A stretch of 64,000 bases of DNA from contig OZ244960.1 of the NCBI GenBank assembly GCA_965222605.1, positions 4,672,001 to 4,736,000 on the forward strand, in the 5' to 3' direction. Under the pieces are notes generated by a model. The model saw only the letters and a program-made list of their open reading frames with translations. It did not search any database and had not been told where the DNA came from. The stretch comes from Candidatus Latescibacterota bacterium. Its GTDB lineage: Bacteria; Latescibacterota; UBA2968. Of this stretch, positions 36,283 to 46,008 are shown piece after piece (position 1 is the first letter of the stretch; every line of letters begins with the position of its first letter). Made by a program: the position numbers and the translations under genes.

Positions 36283-37449
36283 TCACATGGATTCTTCGTA
36301 AAGGGCGATCACGTCTTTTATCGTTGTTTTGCGCGGATTGACCTGAATATTGCCACTTTTCATCGCGTCTTCGGCCATGACATGGATGCCTTCGGTTTTT
36401 GCACCTGCTTCGCTCAATGTAGCGGGAATGCCCACGTCGTCGGATAGGTTTTCCACGGATTCAACGGCGAGAACAGATGCGTCAACAGCGCTCAATCCAT
36501 TGACATCTTCGCCCATGGCACTGGCGATATCGGCGAATTTTTCTGGGCAGGCGCAGCGATTGTAGGCCATGATGCGGGTGAGCAAGATCGAGTTGGCAAT
36601 GCCGTGTGGCACGCCGTAGTGACCACCGACTGGATGCGACATGGCATGTACGTTGCCCAGGCGCGTTTGTGAGAATGCGAACCCGGCCATGGTGCTGGCG
36701 ATGAGCATATTTTGCGTAGCTTCGTGGTTGTGGTCGCTGTACGCGGCTTGTCGCAGGTTTTGCGAGATGAGGCGGATCGCGTGCAGGGCCATGCCTTCGG
36801 AGATTGGATTGGACATTAGCGATACATAGGATTCAATGGCGTGTGTCAATGCATCCATTCCCGTGGCGGCGGCAATGGGTAGCGGCAATGCGACGGCCAT
36901 ATCGGCATCGAGAATGCCCACATTGGGAATGACATAGGGACCTGCGACAGTGCCTTTGAAGTGGTTGTCGTCGGTAATGACGGCAAAGGGCGTGACTTCG
37001 CTGGCTGTGCCATAGGTTGTGGGGACGCACAGGAGAAAGGGGATGGGACCGGGAACGGGTTTTTCGCCGATAAAATAATTGGTGATTTTTCCTCCGTGAT
37101 TGATGAGTACGCCCGAGGTTTTTGCCACGTCCATTGAGGATCCCCCGCCAATGGCGAGCAGGAAATCGCAATTTTCCGACTGGTATTGTGCGGCACATTC
37201 CTCGACGTTGCGGATGGGTGGGTTGGGTTCAACGCCGTCATAGATGCTGTAGGAGATGTGCGATTTGTCGAGTATTTCTGTAACGCGGGCGACAACGCCG
37301 GCCTGGACGAGGCCCCTGTCGGTGACGATTTGCGCCTTTTTCACCTGCTGTTCTTTCACAATTTGGGGGATGTTGCCAATGGTACCCCGCCCCATGATGA
37401 GGCGCGTGGGACCGTAATAACCAAAGTGATTTTGAAACGCCACGAGCAA
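36283..37449 (-). CDS. Iron-containing alcohol dehydrogenase
   Basis: GGGS.MD.AK, PTT.GT.SE, DALTHAIE, HAMSH, PHG. Confidence 0.92.
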   Translation of the reverse strand: MLVAFQNHFGYYGPTRLIMGRGTIGNIPQIVKEQQVKKAQIVTDRGLVQAGVVARVTEILDKSHISYSIYDGVEPNPPIRNVEECAAQYQSENCDFLLAIGGGSSMDVAKTSGVLINHGGKITNYFIGEKPVPGPIPFLLCVPTTYGTASEVTPFAVITDDNHFKGTVAGPYVIPNVGILDADMAVALPLPIAAATGMDALTHAIESYVSLMSNPISEGMALHAIRLISQNLRQAAYSDHNHEATQNMLIASTMAGFAFSQTRLGNVHAMSHPVGGHYGVPHGIANSILLTRIMAYNRCACPEKFADIASAMGEDVNGLSAVDASVLAVESVENLSDDVGIPATLSEAGAKTEGIHVMAEDAMKSGNIQVNPRKTTIKDVIALYEESM

Positions 37450-37551
37450 AGTCCTCTGCGATTTTTATTTCAGCGACAGTGGTTTGGAAAGAAAATGGTT
37501 TTTGATGGCGTTGTCAATGAGATAAAGATACGTCAGTGGTGCGGCGTTGGC

Positions 37552-40521
37552 TTAAAATGATGTGCCGACACGGACGTAGTAGCCGACGCCCTCTGGATCG
37601 GTGAATCGGTATGCCACGCCCGTGCGGAGGCGGATGGTTAAATAGAAGGCGGCGTAGTCGGTGATAAGCTCGGTGCCAGCCGATAGGAGTGGGTGAGATT
37701 GCGATGTGTCGCGTCCCCAGATGTTGGCGGCGTCGGCGAAGAACGTCCAGAAGATGTGGTCGGCGTGTAGCGGCAATGCCACCAATCCGCGGTTTTCCAA
37801 TGCAAGGGGTGCGCGGTATTCCACTGATGCGGACCAGGCGCGCCTTCCCGACCGCGTCGATTTATCGTACCCCCGCACTGGAAAAGTGATCGACTCAGCA
37901 CCTCCGATGTCGAAGTATCCGTTATCACTGCCCGGTCCCCGAGATGCGCCAGCACTTGCGCGCAGTGCCAGCACGGGTGCCGCGAATTGGCGCCCCGGAA
38001 ACCAGTGTGGCAGTCTCGTGTAGGTCTTGACGGTGCCTCTGATGTCATCGACTGAGCGGTCGTTTGAAGAGCGAGCAGAGAGGTCGTGGCGTCGCCTGAC
38101 GCGGAGGGAGAACGATGTGCCGGTCGCCTGTCCCATCTGAAAGGCGTGTGAGCGGGCATTAGAGGCGGAGAAACGCACCGACAGTTCGCCCAGGGTACTG
38201 CGTGGATCGTCGAGTCGATACCGGTCCGTTGTCTGTAGCACGGAGTCCAGGACCTCCCGATCCTCTCGCACGAGCCCTCCGGAGACTGTGAGTGAGACAC
38301 TGCTCCGCGCTTTTGGTCGCGCCAGCGTCATTGATACTAAGGCACGGCGTTCCCGTTCGAGGATAAAGAATGTGTCGGGCGGGGCGTTGACGATTTCCTG
38401 CTGTAGTCTGGCGCCGTCTTCGTCCCAGTCCTGCGAGAGCGATAACCCGAGCGTGGGGTTCCCCAGTCCGCGATAGCGGTACGACAAATCGCCCGCTGCT
38501 CTTCCGGCGGAAGATGACCTGACCGGCAGGAAGACGCGGGCGCCGATCTCGTATTCGTGCCGGCGCACGAGGTCGATCCCAGAGGTGCGAGCGCCGATGG
38601 CTGTGCCGAGTACTTTAGTGCGAGGTATCGCCGTTTCTCCCTTGCGGTGAGCGGGTACTGCTATGGGGTCATTCCAGATGGGTATCCAGTAGTAGGGACG
38701 CAGGGTCTCAAGCGGCGAGTAGGCGTGCACTGGTCCTTTTGCGCGTCCGCGTGGTCTATCGCCCACGACCCCCCCGGCGATGTGTGTCGAGTCAGCGCGA
38801 AGCGCGGGTGGTGCAGTAGTGGGATTGAAGGGGATGCGTTCGATCTCCCAGCCATCGACGTGGTAACCGGAAAAGTAGAGCCAGTGCCCCGATGGATCGA
38901 CGCTGGGGTACGCTGCCCCTGTGCGGAGATTGGTCAGCATGACGGGGGGTGCGACTTGCCCGCTATCGACTTTTGACGCGAGTATGTTTGGGATGCCGCT
39001 GCGGTCAGATGCCCAGATCAGCCACTGGCCGTTGGCACTCCATGAGGGAGCGAAGTCGAGGGCGCGGTCGCGGGTCACTTCGCAGACAAGGTTGCCGTGT
39101 GCATCGAGGAGGACGATGTCGTGGTGCCCCTGAGTCCAGCGTGTCGCCGCAATCCATCGGCCATCGGGTGAGACCGCAGGGTGCGCCCAGTGGACCTCTG
39201 GATCGGGAGGGACCAGTGTCTCGATGGTGCCGTTGCTGAGATTGACCCGCGCCAGCCCATTGGTTCCCCCTCCTTCGGCGACTGCGACTGCCCAGCCTGC
39301 TGGGCCAACCGATGGGGAGGTTAAGCGGGCGCGAGTTGTTATGCGTCGCACATCACTACCCGGCGTTACGCGGTAGAGATCGCTAAATATGCGGTGGGGA
39401 CCGGCAAAGTCGAATTCTGCGAAGACGACATCTCCATCGGGGGCGAATGCGAATGTGGTGCCGCCGTTAGTCAGGGCTATGGTCGATTCGCCACCGCCAT
39501 CTAATTTGGCTGATACCAATTTGGCATCTGATCGTCCGTCTGATCGGATGTAGTACAGTGCTGAGCCATCGGGCGATACCTTTGGATGGAGCGCATAGCG
39601 GGCACCGCGGGTTAGTGCCTGCGGCTCGGTGATTGCACCGAATCTGGAGAGGCGGGAGTCCAGCACTGCCGCCGCTATCCGCTGTGTATCTGCCCACGCT
39701 TTCCACTCGCTCGTCAAGGTGGTGCCAAAGGCGTTGCGACCGGCGGCATTGAGGCGGTAGGGGATCCACTGTTTTTCCACTGCTTTGACGAAGGCTACCA
39801 GGCGGTCGCGCCCGTATTTTTGTGTCAGGTGTTCGAAGAAGAGCGATCCATAAGCATAAGGGCGCGTTCCCCCCGGCCACTGGGGTGAGTAGCCACTTGC
39901 CTGACCAATGGACTCGAACCGTCCTTCAAGAGCCGCGGTTCGCAGGACCATTTTGTAGAATGTTCCATGAACGCGCCCGGTGCCAGTCAGTGCCGATTCG
40001 TACCAGATGGCGATCCCTTCGAGCACCCACCGCGGAGTGGTGAGCGCTGGGAATGATAACGGTATCGGCACCCGTCCAAATAGCTTGCTTCTATAGCGGC
40101 CCGGGCGGTCAATGTGGAAGATGTGCGTCAGTTCGTGTACAATGGCGTATTCCAGCCAGTCGTCGAAGTAGGCAAGCCCGAAATAGTCGATAGGTGGGCG
40201 GGCGTAGATGATTATTCGGTTTGAAGGCCACACGGTTGCGGAGGCATTCGAAATATCGATGTGATCGGTTATTGCAAGGTCAATCATCCCGCGTGGCGCG
40301 GCGATGAACTGTTCGGATAGTTGGGCATGCGCCCACTCTGCACGCTCCGCTGCCCGACGTCCCAGGTCTTCGAGATGCGCGGGAAATGTGACGCGAAAGT
40401 GTTCGGTATCGAGTGTGCGCCACGATTCGTCCGGCGCAATGCGTTGTGCGGATGCCGACGCCGTGCATAAGGCGATGGTGGCGAGTATAATTTTTACTCC
40501 TACATCCATCCTCGATCTCAT
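37552..40521 (-). CDS. Secreted/outer-membrane protein: HExxH peptidase-like domain + TolB-like propeller + BamA-like C-terminal barrel
   Basis: Signal peptide; W.TL.TEHF; IVHELTHIFH...W.LEG.A; several P..SPDG (PD40) repeats; VRGY, EYR.P and terminal F. Confidence 0.7.
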   Translation of the reverse strand: MRSRMDVGVKIILATIALCTASASAQRIAPDESWRTLDTEHFRVTFPAHLEDLGRRAAERAEWAHAQLSEQFIAAPRGMIDLAITDHIDISNASATVWPSNRIIIYARPPIDYFGLAYFDDWLEYAIVHELTHIFHIDRPGRYRSKLFGRVPIPLSFPALTTPRWVLEGIAIWYESALTGTGRVHGTFYKMVLRTAALEGRFESIGQASGYSPQWPGGTRPYAYGSLFFEHLTQKYGRDRLVAFVKAVEKQWIPYRLNAAGRNAFGTTLTSEWKAWADTQRIAAAVLDSRLSRFGAITEPQALTRGARYALHPKVSPDGSALYYIRSDGRSDAKLVSAKLDGGGESTIALTNGGTTFAFAPDGDVVFAEFDFAGPHRIFSDLYRVTPGSDVRRITTRARLTSPSVGPAGWAVAVAEGGGTNGLARVNLSNGTIETLVPPDPEVHWAHPAVSPDGRWIAATRWTQGHHDIVLLDAHGNLVCEVTRDRALDFAPSWSANGQWLIWASDRSGIPNILASKVDSGQVAPPVMLTNLRTGAAYPSVDPSGHWLYFSGYHVDGWEIERIPFNPTTAPPALRADSTHIAGGVVGDRPRGRAKGPVHAYSPLETLRPYYWIPIWNDPIAVPAHRKGETAIPRTKVLGTAIGARTSGIDLVRRHEYEIGARVFLPVRSSSAGRAAGDLSYRYRGLGNPTLGLSLSQDWDEDGARLQQEIVNAPPDTFFILERERRALVSMTLARPKARSSVSLTVSGGLVREDREVLDSVLQTTDRYRLDDPRSTLGELSVRFSASNARSHAFQMGQATGTSFSLRVRRRHDLSARSSNDRSVDDIRGTVKTYTRLPHWFPGRQFAAPVLALRASAGASRGPGSDNGYFDIGGAESITFPVRGYDKSTRSGRRAWSASVEYRAPLALENRGLVALPLHADHIFWTFFADAANIWGRDTSQSHPLLSAGTELITDYAAFYLTIRLRTGVAYRFTDPEGVGYYVRVGTSF

Positions 40522-40531
40522 CGTTAGAGTA

Positions 40532-42520
40532 TTAAAAATTGTGGAAGCCGTGTCCCGAGCCGGGGAACCAGATAAGGTCTATTACCATTCCGACGCCAAT
40601 GCCTGTGCAATAGCCAATTACTGTGCCGTAAAAAAAGGGTTTTGCGCGTTCGTAGAGGCGGGGTCCGCCAAAATGGACGATGAGGAGTTTGGCCGCCCAG
40701 ACCATGAAAATGCTCAGGGCGTAATAGCGAGGTCCTGTTGTGTATTGAAATGCCAGACCCAGGGGATGCAGTGGCCAGCGAGGGAACCATGTACGCAGAC
40801 CCGCTAATAATGCGGCTATCCCTGCGCCCCAAATCCAGATGCCGAGTTTTTGGAGGTCGAAAGATGTTTTTTCGGTTTCGCCCAATGCGCGTCCAATTCC
40901 GCCAAAAATACCCAGTGGGCCTTCCCAGAGTGTCCATGACCGCAGGAAGAGCGCAGAGTCGCGATAACAATAGTAGATGATGGTGGCGGCACAGACAAAG
41001 AAGCCCATGGTGAACGCGAGAAAGACGACGCCACTCGTCCAGTGTTTGCCGCGTTCTGCGGGCACATCGTCCATAGCTTTGAGATGATGGGGCAGTACTT
41101 GCATGGTTTGAATGCGTCCGCCGCCGTAGAATACGCCGCTGTTGACCAGGTGCATCGCGGTCATTTCGCGGGTCGATAAGGTGGCTGTGCCGAGGATCGC
41201 GTTGACAAAGCCCGATCCTTTGATCCACACCGGGAAGAGGTACCCAAATCCGCTGGCGGCAATGAATTTGGAGGTCGCAAAATACGCGATGAACATCAGC
41301 AACAGATGGATAATCGCAAGGGAGAGCGACATGCCCAGGGATATGAAAAAGTTACAGAGGTACAACACGGAAATGATCAGGCCGACAACGGCGAAGCGAT
41401 AGGCGATGGGCCCATCGCCGCGTTCACCGTTTAAAGCGGTTTGCACGACATGTATCAGATGCCGCCGTGCGATCCATACAGACCAGACGACGAGCACGGT
41501 CATTGCGCCGTGGCTTTCCAGGTTGACGATCTCGCCGCCGTTGGCAACTTGTCCTTCTAACCCCACCGTAAAACCCGTGCGGTTGATCACGCCCATTTTG
41601 ACCACGGCGAACAGGCCAAAGAACCAGAAGCTGAACAGGAGGTCCAGGCTGCACAAATATCCGAGGCCAATGACCAGAGGTAAGACGCGCAAATAGACGG
41701 GTGGAAAGCTCTGTGCAACGGTCATGGATTTGGTGTTGATGCTGTCGAAGAGCGTGATGCGGGGTACGTTGGGGAACCAGAAGTTGATGATGTTCCATCC
41801 AATGATGCCCGCGGTCCAGGAAAAGCCAGCCCAGAAGATGGGGTCGCGGAAAATTTTGGGCAATGCACGTCCTTCGCCAAAGCCCTCCATGAGGTCCATG
41901 GGGAAGTTGACGAGCGGATAGGTCAAGCGCTCGGCATCGGCCCATTGCCGGTGAAAGATGGCGATGACAAAAAATCCGGCGGACATGAAGGCCAGTACGC
42001 CAGAGAACCACCATAAGACCGACGGTATCCAGCCCGTCCAGGGGACGTATTCTCCCGTGTGCAGGCCAAAATAGAAACGGTCCATGATCCAGGGCGTGGG
42101 TTCGGGAAATGCCCAGCGGGGCAGTTCATCTAAGAATAATTCTGCCCAGCGATTTTCCGGAGAAGCAAAAAAATGGGGTGCGGGCAATGCGCCGACAAAG
42201 TATCCCATCCAGCCGACGCCGGGCATCATGCCCACAATCCACATGGTGGCAAAGATCACCATCATTTCATGGCGGGAGAGCACAGATTTAGGCGCGAACC
42301 GGGCGATGATCATGTTGATCACGACCCAGAGGAGGAATCCCAGGATGAGGGCAACGGGAAAACTGGATTTAACCAGCGATCCGGCGTGGAGTACGATTTC
42401 GAGGACATTTTGGGCATAAGCCATCAGACCGGCAGTGAGCAGGCCAAGGAGGATGGATCGGCCGGTGATACGCGGGGATTCGGTCGGTTGGATTTGGGGA
42501 TCGGTTTTTGCAATAGCCAT
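40532..42520 (-). CDS. Polytopic membrane protein, putative transporter (DUF6785-like)
   Basis: Many TM segments; QW...ERL.YP, WPLHP.G, GG..LY...KPFF.G motifs. Confidence 0.7.
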   Translation of the reverse strand: MAIAKTDPQIQPTESPRITGRSILLGLLTAGLMAYAQNVLEIVLHAGSLVKSSFPVALILGFLLWVVINMIIARFAPKSVLSRHEMMVIFATMWIVGMMPGVGWMGYFVGALPAPHFFASPENRWAELFLDELPRWAFPEPTPWIMDRFYFGLHTGEYVPWTGWIPSVLWWFSGVLAFMSAGFFVIAIFHRQWADAERLTYPLVNFPMDLMEGFGEGRALPKIFRDPIFWAGFSWTAGIIGWNIINFWFPNVPRITLFDSINTKSMTVAQSFPPVYLRVLPLVIGLGYLCSLDLLFSFWFFGLFAVVKMGVINRTGFTVGLEGQVANGGEIVNLESHGAMTVLVVWSVWIARRHLIHVVQTALNGERGDGPIAYRFAVVGLIISVLYLCNFFISLGMSLSLAIIHLLLMFIAYFATSKFIAASGFGYLFPVWIKGSGFVNAILGTATLSTREMTAMHLVNSGVFYGGGRIQTMQVLPHHLKAMDDVPAERGKHWTSGVVFLAFTMGFFVCAATIIYYCYRDSALFLRSWTLWEGPLGIFGGIGRALGETEKTSFDLQKLGIWIWGAGIAALLAGLRTWFPRWPLHPLGLAFQYTTGPRYYALSIFMVWAAKLLIVHFGGPRLYERAKPFFYGTVIGYCTGIGVGMVIDLIWFPGSGHGFHNF

Positions 42521-42547
42521 TTTTTACTCCGTATTTAGAATGCGCGT

Positions 42548-42576
42548 AATATACGATGCCCAAACAGAGGTGTCAA
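42548..42576 (-). promoter_or_regulatory. Sigma70-type promoter
   Basis: TTGACA-17 nt-TATATT, 27 nt upstream of the ATG at 42520. Confidence 0.7.
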
Positions 42577-42669
42577 ACGCATGGGGTTGTGTTTGTGAAT
42601 TTGTGATATTGGGGTTATTATGGAGGGGATAGGGACAGGTAGATCAATCTCATATTTTTCGATTTTCTT

Positions 42670-42924
42670 ATGGCACGCAAAGACATTCGGACCATTTCGA
42701 TTTTTTGTGCGAAATGCAAAACACTGCTGTACAAGTACCGCAAAGGTGGACGAGGCGGATTGGTGAAGTGTATGGTAGAGCGGATTGCCGAAGATCATAC
42801 CCGGAGGGATATGCAGTGCCCAAAATGCGGACAGGTGTTTGCGAGGTTCAAGATGTATGGTGGGCAGGCCGCGCACAAGATTATACAGGGAAAGGTTTTT
42901 ACGAAGGGTATGGCGAGGCGGTAG
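42670..42924 (+). CDS. Small basic zinc-ribbon protein
   Basis: CAKC...YRKGG.G.LVKC...CPKCG. Confidence 0.7.
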   Translation: MARKDIRTISIFCAKCKTLLYKYRKGGRGGLVKCMVERIAEDHTRRDMQCPKCGQVFARFKMYGGQAAHKIIQGKVFTKGMARR

Positions 42925-42947
42925 GTTAAAAAAGGAGCGAAAACACA

Positions 42948-44153
42948 ATGGCTGAATTTGTGGCGAATTACGATGAAGACAAGGTGCCCGATTACACGTT
43001 GCCCGATCCGTTGATTTTTGAAGATGGGACAGAGGTCGAAAACGCGGCTATGTGGGAAAGACGGCGGGCAGAGATTTTGTCTTTGTTTGAATCTCAGGTG
43101 TATGGCAAGATGCCCGGTGCGGCGGCGGGCATGCATTTTGAGACGCGGTTTTTGAATGGGGATGCGTTGGATGGAATTTGCAAGGAAGTTCGCGTTTACT
43201 TTTCCACAGATGCGGAGCCGCAGATGGATATTTTAATTTTTTTGCCGAAAGATGCCGATGGACCCGTGCCGCTGTTTGTGGGATTGAATTTTGGGGGAAA
43301 CCATACCGTTCATCCCGATCCCGAAATCGCGTTGTCCAAGCAGTGGATGCGCTCGAAGACGGAGGGAGTTTTGGACCATCGGGCAACGGAAGCAGCGCGC
43401 GGTACGGCTGCAAGCAGGTGGCCTGCAGGGCGGATTTTGGCAAGGGGCTACGGTTTGGCTACGATTTATTGCGGCGATCTGGATCCGGATTATGACGATG
43501 GGTTTCAAAATGGCGTGCATCCACTTTTTGATAGGCAAAATGTTGGCGATGACTGGGGGTCTATCGGTGCGTGGGCGTGGGGATTGATCAGGGCGATGGA
43601 TTATTTTGAGAGCGATGAGGCAATTGATCACGCGCGGGTTGCTGTGATGGGGCATTCGCGATTGGGTAAGACCGCGCTGTGGGCTGGCGCGCAAGACGAG
43701 CGGTTTGCCCTTGTAATTTCAAATAATTCGGGATGTGGGGGTGCCGCGCTTTCCCGCCGTCGATATGGCGAAACTGTGGGGCGGATTAATACCAGTTTTC
43801 CACACTGGTTTTGCAATAATTTTAAGCGATATAATGAGCGTGAGGAAGATTTGCCCGTTGACCAGCATTTGCTCATTGCTCTGGTGGCGCCTCGTCCGGT
43901 TTATGTTGCCAGTGCAAAAGAAGATAGCTGGGCGGATCCAAAGGGGGAGTTTTTGGGTGCGAAACACGCCGATGCGGTTTATCGTTTGCTGGGAATAGAT
44001 GGTCTGGATGCTGAAAATATGCCGCGTGTTCACGAGCCGGTTACAAGTCGAATTGGGTATCATATTCGCGCAGGCGGGCACGCAGTGACGGATTACGATT
44101 GGGATCGGTATATGGATTTTGCCGATAAACACTGGCAAAGAAGTTCGACCTGA
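42948..44153 (+). CDS. CE15-like glucuronoyl / acetylxylan esterase
   Basis: NYDE.KVP.YTLPDPL, GAWAWG, GHSRLGK nucleophile motif, SGCGG, WADP.GE. Confidence 0.85.
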   Translation: MAEFVANYDEDKVPDYTLPDPLIFEDGTEVENAAMWERRRAEILSLFESQVYGKMPGAAAGMHFETRFLNGDALDGICKEVRVYFSTDAEPQMDILIFLPKDADGPVPLFVGLNFGGNHTVHPDPEIALSKQWMRSKTEGVLDHRATEAARGTAASRWPAGRILARGYGLATIYCGDLDPDYDDGFQNGVHPLFDRQNVGDDWGSIGAWAWGLIRAMDYFESDEAIDHARVAVMGHSRLGKTALWAGAQDERFALVISNNSGCGGAALSRRRYGETVGRINTSFPHWFCNNFKRYNEREEDLPVDQHLLIALVAPRPVYVASAKEDSWADPKGEFLGAKHADAVYRLLGIDGLDAENMPRVHEPVTSRIGYHIRAGGHAVTDYDWDRYMDFADKHWQRSST

Positions 44154-44177
44154 AATTGGAACAGAAGGGAATAAGCC

Positions 44178-45230
44178 ATGGCAACTCAAACAGAACGATC
44201 TTACGCGCTTAAAGCTGTGCCGGGATTTTATTCGACGTATTCGGGTATTCAGATTGCGGCGCAAACGTCCGATAATGCGAGCGATGAGGATTTGCAGTTT
44301 ATGCGGCAACTCGATGTGGAATGGATGATGGTCAGCGTTGATGACCGCGAGAATCAGAATGCCGATTATTACAAGGCGTTGAAAGCGCGGTTTGCAAAAT
44401 ACGATTTGCAGATTTATCGCATTGCCAATCGCAGTGTACACAATATGCCCGAAGTGACCCTGAATTTGCCGGGGCGCGATGAGAAGGTCGAGGAATTTAT
44501 CACTTTTATTCGCAACCTGGGCGAGGCGGGCATTCCGTACAATACGTATGCACACATGGGCAATGGGATTTGGAGTTCGGGGCGCACAACGCGGCGCAGG
44601 GGCATGGATGCGCGGACGCTCGATATCGAGAATGCCACAGGACATTGGGATGGTCAGATTTTTGAAGGCAAATTGACACATGGGCGGGCATATAGCGAAG
44701 ACGAGCTTTGGGAAAATTACGAATATATGATTCGCAAGGTCGCGCCTGTTGCCGAAGAATCGGGTGTTTATATCGGCATTCATCCCGACGATCCCCCCGT
44801 GTATCCTCTGGGCGGGGTTCCGCGTTGTATATTTGGCAATTTTAAGGGGTACAAGCAGGCGATGGATATTGCGGATAGTCCAAATATTGGGGTGTGTTTG
44901 TGCGTGGGGTGCTGGCTCGAAGGGGGAAAAGAAGGCATGGGCGTGGATGTGATTGAGACGATTCACTATTTTGCCAGCCGCAAGAAGTTGTTTAAGGTGC
45001 ATTTTCGCAATGTTTCAAATCCGATGCCAGAGCCGTGGACAGAGACTTTGATGGACGACGGGTACCAGGATATGCATGCGGTGATGAAAGCACTGCGGGA
45101 GGTGGCGTTTGACGGGGCGATTATTCCCGATCATATCCCGCAAATTCTGGGGGGGCATCGCGCGGGGGTGGCGTATTCGATTGCCTATATGCGTGCGCTG
45201 GTTCAGGCTGTGAACAACGAAGTGGGTTGA
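44178..45230 (+). CDS. Mannonate dehydratase (UxuA)-like protein
   Basis: LWENY, HPDDPP, C.G, VHFRN, PDH.P. Confidence 0.8.
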   Translation: MATQTERSYALKAVPGFYSTYSGIQIAAQTSDNASDEDLQFMRQLDVEWMMVSVDDRENQNADYYKALKARFAKYDLQIYRIANRSVHNMPEVTLNLPGRDEKVEEFITFIRNLGEAGIPYNTYAHMGNGIWSSGRTTRRRGMDARTLDIENATGHWDGQIFEGKLTHGRAYSEDELWENYEYMIRKVAPVAEESGVYIGIHPDDPPVYPLGGVPRCIFGNFKGYKQAMDIADSPNIGVCLCVGCWLEGGKEGMGVDVIETIHYFASRKKLFKVHFRNVSNPMPEPWTETLMDDGYQDMHAVMKALREVAFDGAIIPDHIPQILGGHRAGVAYSIAYMRALVQAVNNEVG

Positions 45231-45241
45231 TAGGGATAATA

Positions 45242-45784
45242 TTACGGTCCCTGTTTGCCCGTCGCGATGATTGTACCGGCGGGCAATAAGGTATCAAGAT
45301 GGTTTGGCAAATTGTCGCCGATGCTGTGTAGCCATGTTATGAGTTGATCGCGCAGGTCTTTTTTTAGTCGCTATTTGCGGTTGCCCACTCAGATTTTTCA
45401 TTTCGTGTGGATCGGTTTGAAGGTCGTAAAATTCGTCGATGTCTTGCGGATTCCACACGTATTTGTATCGTTCGTTGCGAATGGCGCGCACTTCAAAGCT
45501 ATAACCGTTGTAGCGGTAGTAAACGCCATGTGCGATTTGCGGCCAGTCGGACGGGCGGATTTGCGTACCGACGAGCGGGAGAAGGTTGCGCCCCTCGCGC
45601 GGTTGGTCCGGAGATGATTCGGCGCGAATGAGAGAAAAGAGGGTTTCGCCAATGTCGAGCAATGAGACATAAGCATCCTGGGTTGCAGGCGGTCAATATT
45701 CGGCGTAGGAATGTCGGCACCGAGAAAGCCAAATGCCCATGCAGGCCATTGGTCGGTGAGGATGAATAATGTGTTTTGCGCCAT
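45242..45784 (-). pseudogene. Sulfatase pseudogene (large internal deletion plus frameshift)
   Basis: N-terminus N.LFILTDQ...TPNIDRL joined out of frame to the C-terminal VSLLDI..T, YKYVW, EFYDL..DP.EM.NL; CxPxR core absent; second frameshift in the A-run near 45360. Confidence 0.85.
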
Positions 45785-45871
45785 GAGCATTCCCGTGTTA
45801 AAGTGTCAAGGTAGATAATGTTGCGTACAATAAACCGATCTTTGCGATATATAGCAATCTCAGATTTGCCC

Positions 45872-45900
45872 TTGATAGATGCACATAGAGTCACTATATT
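45872..45900 (+). promoter_or_regulatory. Sigma70-type promoter of parE
   Basis: TTGATA-17 nt-TATATT. Confidence 0.65.
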
Positions 45901-46008
45901 ATATCACCTCTTACTACTCCCCTGATTTGATCTGCCGCATTCTGTTTTTCTTTCCCCACATGTCCTTTCTGTAACTTTCACCTTCCAAATAAAGGTCAGG
46001 GATGTATT

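Noticed and set aside
43719-45002. 427-aa minus-strand ORF and similar long antisense ORFs (e.g. 47101-47955, 49230-49964, 35704-36447)
   Set aside because: Shadow frames opposite well-supported genes, with no recognisable motifs
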